IMG/VR virus record: IMGVR_UViG_3300032294_001909
Location: 1-62,170 of that record
Origin: a virus
Taxonomy: Duplodnaviria > Caudoviricetes
Length of the DNA: 62,170 nucleotides
Strand: one strand, 5' to 3'
Shown here: positions 1 to 8,439 of the stretch, piece by piece
How the letters are laid out: every line of letters begins with the position of its first letter
Numbering within the stretch: position 1 is the first letter of the stretch
The notes under the pieces: generated by a model
Told to the model about the DNA's origin: nothing
Seen by the model: only the letters and a program-made list of their open reading frames with translations
The model's database searches: none
Translations under genes and position numbers: made by a program

Positions 1-468
1 CATTGCCCCGACGCCAGCAGGATCGGCGGCAAACATCTTGAGAAGATTAGTAATCTCCTCGGTGATCTTACCGCTGGGAACGAACCCACCATCGGGATTG
101 ATTCGCCCGAAGAAGATGTTTGCACCGAACGGACCACCATCGGTGATCATCACCGAACCGTTGTACTTGGACCGCTCCCCAGCCAGACCCAACACCACCT
201 TCTGGCCACTCTCCGTCGTGAGGCGGATCTTCGGGTACTTGAGCTTCGCGGATGCCGTCTTGATGAGGGAGATAATCCCCGCCACCTCCAGCATCTCGGT
301 GGGCTCCGGGGCAGGGCGCACCGCCTTGTTCGTGAGAGTGACCACCCAGTACATCTGCTTGTCAGTCAGCCCACGCTTCCGGCCTTGAATAATCAGGTCA
401 TTGGCAAACTGCTTGTCACGAGGCCCGAGGTTAGGAAGAACCGCTTCGAGGTTGTCGATGATCTGCAT
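1..468 (-). CDS. hypothetical phage protein, runs off the window start (MQIIDNLEAVLPNLGPRDKQFAND...)
   Basis: ATG at 468 after a GGGAGA RBS, open to position 1, downstream of the promoter at 510-537; not in the ORF track because it has no stop in the window. Confidence 0.8.
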   Translation of the reverse strand, partial: MQIIDNLEAVLPNLGPRDKQFANDLIIQGRKRGLTDKQMYWVVTLTNKAVRPAPEPTEMLEVAGIISLIKTASAKLKYPKIRLTTESGQKVVLGLAGERSKYNGSVMITDGGPFGANIFFGRINPDGGFVPSGKITEEITNLLKMFAADPAGVGAM

Positions 469-509
469 TGCTTTCTCCCGCTGAAGTGTTTGCTGCGGTG
501 GACACTGCT

Positions 510-537
510 AACCTAGCACATCCCGGGAAAACCGCAA
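510..537 (-). promoter_or_regulatory. sigma70-like promoter, cassette 1
   Basis: TTGCGG-16-TAGGTT. Confidence 0.65.
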
Positions 538-582
538 CCCCCCTTGACAACCATCGGGCCACGGGTTATGCGCGGGCGGGCC

Positions 583-627
583 GTGATAAAATGCGTTGTG
601 GGCAACACTAGGGTAGTATTTTATCAC
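583..627. repeat. paired box 1 (span 45)
   Basis: GTGATAAAATGC...GTATTTTATCAC; 45 bp from the -35. Confidence 0.95.
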
Positions 628-663
628 ACTTCTGGGAACCGGTTTCCCGGCCCCCGTTATCGA

Positions 664-1398
664 TTAGTGTAGCACGTACGCCGTGGGCTCCGTCTTGTCC
701 CAGCACTTGGTGCAGTTATTCTCCGCACACTTGTGGGAGTTACCGGGTATCGTGGCGGGGCAAGCATTGTGCTTCGGGAAAGTCTCTAGTATCGGCAGAC
801 CACGGATGACTGTCGTGCCAGCAGCGAACCCGGGAATCTCGGGCGCAGCTTCGTCAAGCGCCAGCGCGGACGGGCGCAGGGAAACGTTTGGGAGGTTTCC
901 AAACTCTTGAAGAGTATCTAGCATAGAGGGGATAACCCAGCTACGGGTAGGGAACCAAAACCGAACGTCGGGGAGCGCTTGGGCAATCTTGATCCATGCC
1001 CGCACATAAGCCACCGCGAAAAAGTCCCCGGAGTCGTGGCCCCGGAAAAGCGGAACCTTAGCGGCCCGCACACTTTCCCGGATCATGTCCACCATAGCGG
1101 CAATGAATTCTGCCCCGTTGTCGTGAGCCAGCGTTTCGATAATCCACCCGAAGCGCGCAAGCTGCGCCTTTTCCGTGCTAGGCATATTGTAGAATCCTGC
1201 CGTAGCGTAGCACTCGTGGCAAACGGCATTCTCGCCGGCCCGTTTCATGGACACCTTGGCCCCGGGGCAGGTAGTAACCGCCGGGAGGCTCCACGAATAG
1301 CAGGGCATCTTGGACGGCGTGGAAAGGGAAATGGTTTCCCCATTGGACATCGTGCGGGCAATACGGGGGAAGCGCTTCGCGGCGGCGGTGCGGGGCAT
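664..1398 (-). CDS. Gp88-like Cys-rich phage protein
   Basis: TCPGA..C..CYA, RGHDSGDF and FWFPTR motifs plus a C-terminal Cys cluster; start moved to ATG 1398 (GGAG RBS, downstream of the promoter). Confidence 0.65.
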   Translation of the reverse strand: MPRTAAAKRFPRIARTMSNGETISLSTPSKMPCYSWSLPAVTTCPGAKVSMKRAGENAVCHECYATAGFYNMPSTEKAQLARFGWIIETLAHDNGAEFIAAMVDMIRESVRAAKVPLFRGHDSGDFFAVAYVRAWIKIAQALPDVRFWFPTRSWVIPSMLDTLQEFGNLPNVSLRPSALALDEAAPEIPGFAAGTTVIRGLPILETFPKHNACPATIPGNSHKCAENNCTKCWDKTEPTAYVLH

Positions 1399-1441
1399 CT
1401 TGGCTCCGTGCATTGGGGAGGGTACATCGGGGAACGCCACT

Positions 1442-1470
1442 AACCTAGCATCTTGGGAAATCTTTGGCAA
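1442..1470 (-). promoter_or_regulatory. sigma70-like promoter, cassette 2
   Basis: TTGCCA-17-TAGGTT. Confidence 0.75.
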
Positions 1471-1514
1471 CCCCCTTGACAAGGACTGGACACCGTGTTA
1501 TGCGGGCGCCAACG

Positions 1515-1558
1515 GTGATAAAATACATGTTATGTATGTAATATAGGCATTTTATCAC
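1515..1558. repeat. paired box 2 (span 44)
   Basis: GTGATAAAATAC...GCATTTTATCAC; 44 bp from the -35. Confidence 0.95.
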
Positions 1559-1601
1559 CAAAAGGGAAGCCCCCGGCGAAGTGCCGGGGGCGTTCCTTGG
1601 A

Positions 1602-2000
1602 TTAGAACGGCAGGTCGTCGTTCAATTCCTCGACCTGAATTTTCAGGTCGAAGTCATCGAACCCGTTGTGGTATCCGGCCACCGGCTGCTGGGCGTCGGG
1701 GTCGTTGAAATCCCTGTCTTCGGGATGCGGCCCCGGCTCCCCGGTGTAGTAGGGGTTCCGCTCCCACGTGTCGTAGGAGGTGAGGATCCATTCCCGGTCG
1801 GGGTTCTCCCGCCCGACGTTCCACGCATACTCCCGCATGGCCTCGGCGGGGGTGGCGGGGTGGTCGTTCTCTCGTTCCCACGCCATCTGGTTGTACTCCT
1901 TCTCCTCCCAGTCGAGGTCGTCGTGGTCACCCCACCCCTCCATTGCTTCCTCCCACCCGTCGAGGTCGATGTTTTCCCGGTCGTCGTAGTAGTCGCTCAT
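1602..2000 (-). CDS. very acidic 132-aa protein with an SSB-like C-terminal DDLPF tail
   Basis: AGGAG RBS before ATG 2000; about 39 D/E residues; ends LNDDLPF. Confidence 0.8.
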   Translation of the reverse strand: MSDYYDDRENIDLDGWEEAMEGWGDHDDLDWEEKEYNQMAWERENDHPATPAEAMREYAWNVGRENPDREWILTSYDTWERNPYYTGEPGPHPEDRDFNDPDAQQPVAGYHNGFDDFDLKIQVEELNDDLPF

Positions 2001-2051
2001 TGTGGATCTCCTGTTGCGGTGGCGGCGGGCTGCGGAGTGCAACCCACGCGC

Positions 2052-2080
2052 AATGTGCAACGGGCGGGAAGCCTTTACAA
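2052..2080 (-). promoter_or_regulatory. sigma70-like promoter, cassette 3
   Basis: TTGTAA-17-CACATT. Confidence 0.55.
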
Positions 2081-2125
2081 GAGGGAGTTTAGAAATTGTT
2101 ACACAACTGTTACACTCGGGGTCGC

Positions 2126-2160
2126 GTGATAAAACATAGGTCGCCCGTGCATTTTATCAC
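2126..2160. repeat. paired box 3 (span 35)
   Basis: GTGATAAAAC...GCATTTTATCAC; preceded by GTTACA-N5-GTTACA. Confidence 0.95.
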
Positions 2161-2206
2161 GCCCCGTGAAAAGGGGGAGAGGGCCGAAGCCCCCTCCCCC
2201 ACCCGA

Positions 2207-2596
2207 TCAGAGAAACTTGGAGATTGCCTTGAACGTGGAGGCAGAGACCATCTCCTCGTCAGTCATCTTGAGGATGCGGATGGCGTTCTCCACTTCGTTG
2301 ATGTCGTCATCGATACGGTATCTATGATCGACAGGCTCCGGGCGCTTGGCGATGAGGTCGGCGGGAATCATGAATCGCGCCGTCACGGATTCGGTGCTGC
2401 GGGCGTGGCCTACGGTATCCTTGTGAGCCATCTTCCACGAGGACACATCCAGCGAAGCGATCACCATCTTGTCCCACTTCTCCAACTCCTTGGTGTACTT
2501 CTCGTACAGAGCGGGGTACGCCTTCATCTCCTTCAGCTTCTTCTCCAGAGCAGCGATCACCTTCTTGGTTTGCACCTTCACGGTAATTCCAGCCAT
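2207..2596 (-). CDS. hypothetical protein
   Basis: 129 aa, GGAG RBS, followed by a terminator-like hairpin at ~2169-2200. Confidence 0.8.
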   Translation of the reverse strand: MAGITVKVQTKKVIAALEKKLKEMKAYPALYEKYTKELEKWDKMVIASLDVSSWKMAHKDTVGHARSTESVTARFMIPADLIAKRPEPVDHRYRIDDDINEVENAIRILKMTDEEMVSASTFKAISKFL

Positions 2597-2657
2597 CGCG
2601 TTCTCCGGTAGAGGTGGTGCCCCCCGGCGGATGCCGGGGGGCGGTACTGCTATCTTG

Positions 2658-3200
2658 TCACGCCAGTTCCAGCACGTTCCCGTTCACCGCCGCCCGCGAG
2701 ACGTTGGTCAACGTAAACATACGATACCGCCCGGAGGGAAGCAACTTCTCAATCCGGCGCTTGGCGATAGTCTTCGGTGCAGACTTGACCGGCTTCCGAG
2801 GAGTTCCCTCCTGAATCACGATCTTATGATTCAGCAGCCCCGACACATACAGCGCACCCGTTTCGTTGTGCATCCTGACACCGGGGAACCCGTCCACATT
2901 GGTATAGGTGTCCTTGTTGGTGTATGCGGAGTTATTCCCGATCCCCTTGGTGAGAGATTCGTTCCGGCTGTTCAGGAGTTCCTGTGCGGCCTGAATCACA
3001 TGGGGCCGCGCCCCAATCTTCTGGAGCAGGGGGAGGATGCGGTTCAACTTCACGATGTCCTTCGCGTACAGCGTCTCCGTCGTGGCCCCAAGGATAAGGT
3101 GATACTTGGCGACCTCCCCCGTCTCCTTGGTGGTGTAGGTGAAGCTGGCGAAGTGTGCGCTTATGCGCCGTGCGAGTGCTTCGAGTAGCTGGTGAATCAT
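2658..3200 (-). CDS. hypothetical basic protein
   Basis: 180 aa, GGAG RBS. Confidence 0.8.
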   Translation of the reverse strand: MIHQLLEALARRISAHFASFTYTTKETGEVAKYHLILGATTETLYAKDIVKLNRILPLLQKIGARPHVIQAAQELLNSRNESLTKGIGNNSAYTNKDTYTNVDGFPGVRMHNETGALYVSGLLNHKIVIQEGTPRKPVKSAPKTIAKRRIEKLLPSGRYRMFTLTNVSRAAVNGNVLELA

Positions 3201-3232
3201 GGGTTATACTCTCCGTTAGAGTGTGAGCCCCA

Positions 3233-3261
3233 AGAATAGCGTGGGGCAACCCCGGTGTCAA
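3233..3261 (-). promoter_or_regulatory. sigma70-like promoter, cassette 4
   Basis: TTGACA-17-TATTCT. Confidence 0.85.
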
Positions 3262-3275
3262 CCCCCCACTTTTGC

Positions 3276-3319
3276 GTGATAAAATGTTCTTGTATATGGA
3301 ACGCCGTGCATTTTATCAC
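3276..3319. repeat. paired box 4 (span 44)
   Basis: GTGATAAAATG...GCATTTTATCAC; 14 bp from the -35. Confidence 0.95.
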
Positions 3320-3373
3320 GCCCGGAGGGCGAGAAAAACCGCCGCCCCCCGGAGGGGGCGGCGTCTTCTCCTC

Positions 3374-4243
3374 TTACTGTTCCTCGCTGGACTCCTTAGC
3401 GAACGTGACCCCTAGGATGTGGTCGGCTGCTTTCTGCGCGGCGGATGCGGCGTCGAGAATCAGGCGGGGCTCCTTGCCCAACCGCGTTGCCCAATGCTGG
3501 ACGTAGGCGGTGCTGTTGTCCTGCACCGCGTCGAGGATTCCGCACTCAGCCGACAGGAACGCCGCCGTCATTTCGGCAATCAATTCCTCGCGGCTGTAGG
3601 GGTCGGTGCCGAACGTGCCGTCGAGCTTCCGGTCGAGTCTCGTGGCGTGTCCCGTGCTGTGCGCCATCTCGTGAAACATCGTGGAGTAGTAGCTTTCGGC
3701 GTTCACAAACTGAGCCAGCAGGGGCATCGTGATCTCGTCTCGTGAGGGCGTGTAGAACGCCATGTCGGACGATTGCACGGTAATCTTGGGGGGATTCTTC
3801 ATACCCCGCACCACCGATTCCGCCGCCGCAATGGGCTCCTTAGCCTTGACCTCCTCCACCTTGACGTTGCAGCCGTTCGTCTGAGCGAGGTTCCACACGT
3901 TGTACCAGCGAAGCATGGGGATGGTCTTCTTCTCCCCGGTGGCCTTGTCGGCAACCTCCTTGAAATTCCAGAACATGATCGGGGTGGCCTTTTCCCCCGT
4001 GTTGATGCGCCCCCCAAGGGCGTTGCAGCCCTTGAACGTCACCCATTGGCCGGTGGGGTAGCTCTTGATCTGCTGCAACATCCCCAAGAACAGGGCGTTG
4101 CTGCCACGGTACGGCTTCTTCGACTGGGCATTGTGGGGACGCCCCAGCATCCCCCCGGACCACGGCTTGCGCCACGGGATGACGCCGCCGTTGAGGGCGT
4201 CGATGAATCGCTGCGCGATAGTGTCGCGAATGTCCTGTTGCAT
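3374..4243 (-). CDS. ardC: ArdC-like antirestriction protein (ssDNA-binding N-domain plus zincin domain)
   Basis: PWRKPW, YRGSN, WVTFK, HEMAHSTGH and YSREELIAE motifs. Confidence 0.85.
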   Translation of the reverse strand: MQQDIRDTIAQRFIDALNGGVIPWRKPWSGGMLGRPHNAQSKKPYRGSNALFLGMLQQIKSYPTGQWVTFKGCNALGGRINTGEKATPIMFWNFKEVADKATGEKKTIPMLRWYNVWNLAQTNGCNVKVEEVKAKEPIAAAESVVRGMKNPPKITVQSSDMAFYTPSRDEITMPLLAQFVNAESYYSTMFHEMAHSTGHATRLDRKLDGTFGTDPYSREELIAEMTAAFLSAECGILDAVQDNSTAYVQHWATRLGKEPRLILDAASAAQKAADHILGVTFAKESSEEQ

Positions 4244-4286
4244 TGTTCCCCCTGTCGGGTGGTGAGGTGTTGCGGTGAACGGCTGT

Positions 4287-4314
4287 ATAATGCCCCCGGC
4301 GACCGCCGCCGCAA
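4287..4314 (-). promoter_or_regulatory. sigma70-like promoter, cassette 5
   Basis: TTGCGG-16-CATTAT. Confidence 0.5.
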
Positions 4315-4420
4315 CAGGGGGAAACCGCCGCCGTTACATTCCCGTTACAATGTCACGGGTTTGTAACAGTCTCGTGGGGGCACTTGACAAACGGCGGCTA
4401 CCGTGTTACACGCGGGTGCG

Positions 4421-4487
4421 GTGATAAAATGCCACGGGCGATGATAAAATAACATAGGCGGTTGTTTCTTGAGGAGCATTTTATCAC
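4421..4487. repeat. box cluster 5 (two forward half-sites at 4421 and 4441, one reverse)
   Basis: GTGATAAAATGC, ATGATAAAAT, GCATTTTATCAC. Confidence 0.95.
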
Positions 4488-4543
4488 GGTTGTGGACACA
4501 AAAAAACTGGGGGAGCGGTTTCTCGCTCCCCCAGTCTCTTGCG

Positions 4544-4759
4544 TTAGCTGTGGGTGTATCCGTCCTTCTCCACACCCAACCACAGCCCGCTGGTGGCCTG
4601 TACCATCACGGCACCGCTCCCGTCGAAGATCGGATGCACCTTCATCGTTCCCCCCTTCACCGATTCGGGGAACCGCTCCCCGACGTTTTCCAACGCCTTG
4701 CGCTGCTGCGGGGTCAGGGTCACGACGGGATCACCGCTGGCGTTCCAAACGATTTTCAT
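4544..4759 (-). CDS. hypothetical protein
   Basis: 71 aa, AGGAG RBS. Confidence 0.75.
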   Translation of the reverse strand: MKIVWNASGDPVVTLTPQQRKALENVGERFPESVKGGTMKVHPIFDGSGAVMVQATSGLWLGVEKDGYTHS

Positions 4760-4819
4760 GAGTGCTTCTCCTGTTGGGGACAGTACCGGGGGGAGGGAAT
4801 CTCCCCCCGGTGTTCACGG

Positions 4820-5083
4820 TCACGGCTTCTCGTTCGTTTCCTTGCCGGTGATTTCCAGCATCCGGTGGTTATACAGCGCGGTCAGGTCGGCGTAGGCTTC
4901 CTGAAGGCCCCGGCGACTCTGGACATACCGGCGACCCGTCAGGGTGGTTGCGGCTTCTCGCATCGCGGGCGGCGTGTACATCCGGCTGGCCTTGATTCCG
5001 TGGTCAAGGTACATACGCAAGGCGCTGGCGATGACCTTGATCCGGTACGCTTCAATCTGCTGCGGCGTGGTGAACGCTTTCAT
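4820..5083 (-). CDS. hypothetical protein, paralog of 7702-7926
   Basis: TTPQQIEAYR..YTPPAMR..TGRRY..SRRGL. Confidence 0.8.
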   Translation of the reverse strand: MKAFTTPQQIEAYRIKVIASALRMYLDHGIKASRMYTPPAMREAATTLTGRRYVQSRRGLQEAYADLTALYNHRMLEITGKETNEKP

Positions 5084-5142
5084 GCTGTCCCCGTGTTAGG
5101 AGGGTGTCGGATAGGGGCCGGAGTGCCCCGCCCGACGTTTCC

Positions 5143-5171
5143 AACCTAGCACTATTCGACCCGGAACGCAA
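5143..5171 (-). promoter_or_regulatory. sigma70-like promoter, cassette 6
   Basis: TTGCGT-17-TAGGTT with an extended TG. Confidence 0.7.
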
Positions 5172-5184
5172 TAGTCACTTTTGG

Positions 5185-5239
5185 GTGATAAAATGCCATA
5201 GGTGATAAAATGCTGAAGGGCAGCATGAAATTTTATCAT
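5185..5239. repeat. box cluster 6 (forward half-sites at 5185 and 5202, one reverse; outer span 55)
   Basis: 2x GTGATAAAATGC, ATTTTATCAT; 13 bp from the -35. Confidence 0.95.
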
Positions 5240-5300
5240 CATTTATGGCACAAAAAACTGCGGGGTGCCGGTAGAGTTCACGGCACCCCGCAGCTTCCTG

Positions 5301-5495
5301 TCACCCGTACAGGTCGCCGCCGTTCTCCAAGATGGTGGCGCACCCGTTGCAGTAGGCGTAGTGCGGCTGGATCCGCACCACCTTGCCGCACCCCGCGCAC
5401 TTTTTGCGGACGTTCGTGCGCTGCGTCTTGCGGTAGAACGCCCGCACCTCCGGGTCGTCGCCGCCGTGCCACTCGCCAAAGTTATCGTCGTACAT
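5301..5495 (-). CDS. small zinc-ribbon protein
   Basis: CAGC...CNGC; GGAGG RBS before ATG 5495. Confidence 0.75.
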   Translation of the reverse strand: MYDDNFGEWHGGDDPEVRAFYRKTQRTNVRKKCAGCGKVVRIQPHYAYCNGCATILENGGDLYG

Positions 5496-5551
5496 TGCCC
5501 AACCCTCCGGTTTCGGTTCCGGCGTTTCCGGGGTGGATCCGCCTACGGCGG

Positions 5552-5580
5552 AATATACGGCCAGATCAAGGGGGAAACCA
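5552..5580 (-). promoter_or_regulatory. promoter with a weak -35, cassette 7
   Basis: TGGTTT-17-TATATT; three GTTRCA repeats upstream. Confidence 0.5.
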
Positions 5581-5624
5581 TAGGCGTTGCACAATTGTTA
5601 CACAATCGTTACAATCACCAATCG

Positions 5625-5658
5625 GTGATAAAATAACCTAGATGGCGCATTTTATCAC
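5625..5658. repeat. paired box 7 (span 34)
   Basis: GTGATAAAAT...GCATTTTATCAC. Confidence 0.95.
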
Positions 5659-5698
5659 AACTTCTCCGGGGCCGGTTTCCCAGCCCCGGAGGGTCGTA

Positions 5699-6019
5699 TC
5701 ACTCTTCCGTGAAATCTTCGATTGCTTCGTCCAGAGTCTCGAACGGACCAAACCATGCCGAATCCGGGAGGCAACCCGGGAGGCAGTAGCACCAGCACCA
5801 GCCACCTTCCAGCCCCATCTCGCGCACAATCGCGTCCAGCATCAGGTCACGCACTCGCGAGTTCATGCTGGCCAGACGGAACTCCGGGAGCTTCATGAAC
5901 TCGTGAATCTCATCTTCCAGCCCTGCGGCCAATTCCGTCGCCGTCAATTGCGCGACCATGACGTTGGGGAGCTTGTGCGGATCCAACTCATCCGCCTTGC
6001 GCGAGTGATACATGGCCAT
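5699..6019 (-). CDS. hypothetical protein
   Basis: GGAGG RBS; GWCWCYCLPGCLPDS...GPFET motif. Confidence 0.75.
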   Translation of the reverse strand: MAMYHSRKADELDPHKLPNVMVAQLTATELAAGLEDEIHEFMKLPEFRLASMNSRVRDLMLDAIVREMGLEGGWCWCYCLPGCLPDSAWFGPFETLDEAIEDFTEE

Positions 6020-6076
6020 TAGTCCAACCCTCCGGGTTTGGTTTGGAAGCCCCGAATCGTTCGGGGCTTCGCCCCG

Positions 6077-6105
6077 AAGATAGGTGGGCGCAAGCCCAAA
6101 ATCAA
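6077..6105 (-). promoter_or_regulatory. sigma70-like promoter, cassette 8
   Basis: TTGATT-17-TATCTT. Confidence 0.75.
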
Positions 6106-6149
6106 GCACGGCGACACGCTTGTTACACAATCGTTACAATCACCAATCG

Positions 6150-6183
6150 GTGATAAAATGCATGTACTGGGGCATTTTATCAC
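6150..6183. repeat. paired box 8 (span 34)
   Basis: GTGATAAAATGC...GCATTTTATCAC; 44 bp from the -35. Confidence 0.95.
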
Positions 6184-6238
6184 CGCTGGAGGGGGCAAAA
6201 AAAAACTCCCGCCGATCTTCCGGCGGGAGCTTCTTTCG

Positions 6239-6493
6239 CTAGACGGCTTTCTGTGCTTCGTTCGCCAGTTCCGCGATGACGTAGCTATCGAACGAACGGG
6301 GAACGCTGTGGTCCACCAAATCTCGTGAAGCCCACTCAAACTCGAACCAGTAGGAACGGGCAGAGGGGAGTCTGACTCCCTTGAAGCCCCGGAAGAAACT
6401 GTCCACGAATACTGCCGGGACAGTCACCCGGACGATAGAGCCTTTCGACTCCACCCGGAACGGGTGCCCGTTGAAACTCACCTTCGTTCGCAT
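6239..6493 (-). CDS. hypothetical protein
   Basis: 84 aa, GAGGAG RBS. Confidence 0.75.
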   Translation of the reverse strand: MRTKVSFNGHPFRVESKGSIVRVTVPAVFVDSFFRGFKGVRLPSARSYWFEFEWASRDLVDHSVPRSFDSYVIAELANEAQKAV

Positions 6494-6546
6494 TATGCGC
6501 TCCTCAGTTATGGTGCCGTCGCGCCCCGGATGGGCTTGACGAATGT

Positions 6547-6574
6547 ATTATAGCACATTCCGGGCAATATGCAA
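6547..6574 (-). promoter_or_regulatory. sigma70-like promoter with A-tract, cassette 9
   Basis: TTGCAT-16-TATAAT. Confidence 0.8.
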
Positions 6575-6588
6575 GTATTTTTTTTCTG

Positions 6589-6633
6589 GTGATAAAATGC
6601 ATTGGCGCTATATAGGCGGGGGCATTTTATCAC
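6589..6633. repeat. paired box 9 (span 45)
   Basis: GTGATAAAATGC...GCATTTTATCAC; 14 bp from the -35. Confidence 0.95.
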
Positions 6634-6681
6634 CGTTGGAGGGCGCAAAAAGCCCCCAGCTTTCGCTGGGGGCCTCTTGCT

Positions 6682-6927
6682 TCAGGAGTCGAGTGCGCTC
6701 TTCACGATTGCCCGGATGCGCTTCTGGTCCTTGCTGTGCGTGACATCCACCCACACGCCGTTCACTTCCGCCTTCGCGATGTCGTGCGAGTAGATGCTAC
6801 CCAGTTCCGTGAAGATGCCTTCCACTTCCGCCAAACGGATGTTCCCCCGCTTGTTGTCCTTGAGGGTGGCGTACCACCCGTTCCGTAGGCGGATGCGGGT
6901 ACCGCTCTTGAGGTCATTCGTGAGCAT
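6682..6927 (-). CDS. hypothetical protein (MLTNDLKSGTRIRLRNGW...)
   Basis: GGAG RBS before ATG 6927. Confidence 0.8.
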   Translation of the reverse strand: MLTNDLKSGTRIRLRNGWYATLKDNKRGNIRLAEVEGIFTELGSIYSHDIAKAEVNGVWVDVTHSKDQKRIRAIVKSALDS

Positions 6928-6981
6928 GGTGGCTCCGTGTAGCTGGTGGCAGCGAGTCCGGGATGGCTTCGCTGTGCCAAC

Positions 6982-7010
6982 AACGTAACACCTCCGGGGC
7001 TGAAATGCAA
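6982..7010 (-). promoter_or_regulatory. sigma70-like promoter, cassette 10
   Basis: TTGCAT-17-TACGTT, A-tract upstream. Confidence 0.75.
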
Positions 7011-7023
7011 GCACTTTTTTTCG

Positions 7024-7068
7024 GTGATAAAATAATAGTACAGGGTATGCCGCAGCGCATTTTATCAC
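7024..7068. repeat. paired box 10 (span 45)
   Basis: GTGATAAAAT...GCATTTTATCAC; 13 bp from the -35. Confidence 0.95.
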
Positions 7069-7203
7069 CAATTATGCCCACGAGAGAGCCCCGCCTCCCA
7101 TATGGGAGACGGGGCCGGGGTGGTAACCCGCTCGAATGCTGTTGCGTCACGAGCCATTCCCGGGAGCAGCCCCCCGGCATCTCACCGGGGGGCTTCCCAC
7201 TCG

Positions 7204-7479
7204 TCACTCTTCGGTTCGGATGAACCATTCCGACATCACATGCGCCTCTTCCTCGCCATCGGGGGAGCGGATGAGGCCGTACTCCAGCACCTCGTTCTTG
7301 AACAGCACCAGCGTGAGGACCGGCTCCTCCGGGAGATGAAGCCCCATCTCCCGGAACACTTCCGCCGACTTGGTGCGCTTGCCATCCGCCAGCACCGCCA
7401 CCAGCCCCTTGGCCACGATAGCCTTAGCCATCTCATAGCGGTACAGGCCACTACGGGTCACCGCCTCGACTCGTAACAT
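7204..7479 (-). CDS. hypothetical protein
   Basis: 91 aa, AGGAGG RBS. Confidence 0.75.
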   Translation of the reverse strand: MLRVEAVTRSGLYRYEMAKAIVAKGLVAVLADGKRTKSAEVFREMGLHLPEEPVLTLVLFKNEVLEYGLIRSPDGEEEAHVMSEWFIRTEE

Positions 7480-7580
7480 GACAGCCTCCTAGGCTGTTCA
7501 GGTTCGCCGGGGCACCGGAGTGTGCCGCCGACACCAATATGATTACCTTTCAGCCCCCAAAAGTCAAGCACTTTTTTTCC

Positions 7581-7625
7581 GTGATAAAACAGCCCCTCTA
7601 CTGGGGTGGGTGGGCATTTTATCAT
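7581..7625. repeat. paired box 11 (span 45)
   Basis: GTGATAAAAC...GCATTTTATCAT; 13 bp from minus-strand TTGACT (7562-7567). Confidence 0.95.
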
Positions 7626-7701
7626 GCGTGACCGATCCGCTAGGAAAAAATTGCCGGGGGGCTAGGAACCTTCTGCCTAGCCCCCCGGAATCATTTACCG
7701 C

Positions 7702-7926
7702 CTAGTTCATGAACAGGGCGTTCAGGTCGTTCAGGGCTGCCTCCAGCCCCTTCCGGCTGCGGGGGTACGTCTTGCCGGTGTACTGGGAAGCAACCGCCCG
7801 CATGTTCGCCGGGGTGTAGGCGCGGTTCGCCTTCATGCCGGTCTTCAGGTACAGCTTGATGGCAGACATGATCACACGAAGCCGAAAGGCTTCGATCTGC
7901 CCGGGGGTGGTTAACACTCGCTCCAT
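7702..7926 (-). CDS. hypothetical protein, paralog of 4820-5083
   Basis: TTPGQIEAFR..YTPANMR..TGKTY..SRKGL. Confidence 0.8.
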   Translation of the reverse strand: MERVLTTPGQIEAFRLRVIMSAIKLYLKTGMKANRAYTPANMRAVASQYTGKTYPRSRKGLEAALNDLNALFMN

Positions 7927-7982
7927 GCTCGCTCCAGTAGGAGAGTGCGTCCGCATTGCCGAAGTGCATTGCGAACACCCAC

Positions 7983-8011
7983 AATATGGCTAATGTTAGA
8001 CTGGGAGTCAA
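7983..8011 (-). promoter_or_regulatory. sigma70-like promoter, cassette 12
   Basis: TTGACT-17-CATATT, A-tract upstream. Confidence 0.75.
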
Positions 8012-8024
8012 GCATTTTTTTTGG

Positions 8025-8069
8025 GTGATAAAACAGCCCTGCGTTTGGTGTACATGCGCATTTTATCAC
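8025..8069. repeat. paired box 12 (span 45)
   Basis: GTGATAAAAC...GCATTTTATCAC; 13 bp from the -35. Confidence 0.95.
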
Positions 8070-8070
8070 A

Positions 8071-8104
8071 GAAAAGCGAGCCCCCCGGCGCGAGGCCGGG
8101 GGGC
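8071..8104 (-). terminator. intrinsic terminator-like hairpin, near-identical copy at ~8528-8561
   Basis: GCCCCCCGGC/GCCGGGGGGC stem followed by a short U-tract on the minus strand. Confidence 0.6.
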
Positions 8105-8110
8105 GTCCCC

Positions 8111-8380
8111 TCATAACTGGACGTTGTGGTAGTCGTCGTACTCGGCGTTGTCGTCGTCGTCCCCCTCGTCGTCGGACCCGAACATCGCCGTCCACTCGGC
8201 GGGGGTGATGCCGGTCTTGATGAACTCCCGCTGCTCGGCGTTGAGCATCGGGAACGCCTTCTGAATCAGGGTACCGGCCTTCCACGCCGCCTCACAGGCG
8301 TCGAACTCGTCCTGCGTGAGGGGGACGAACATGGCATTCATCTTGCCAGACATCTGGCTCCTGCGAGTCACCTTGAGCAT
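8111..8380 (-). CDS. hypothetical protein with an acidic tail
   Basis: LIQKAFPMLNAEQREFIKTGITPAEW; AGGAG RBS. Confidence 0.8.
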   Translation of the reverse strand: MLKVTRRSQMSGKMNAMFVPLTQDEFDACEAAWKAGTLIQKAFPMLNAEQREFIKTGITPAEWTAMFGSDDEGDDDDNAEYDDYHNVQL

Positions 8381-8439
8381 TGTCCTGTCTCCTGAGAGAG
8401 GGTGTCGTGCCGCGCCGGGTTGCGCTGCCGACAGGAACC

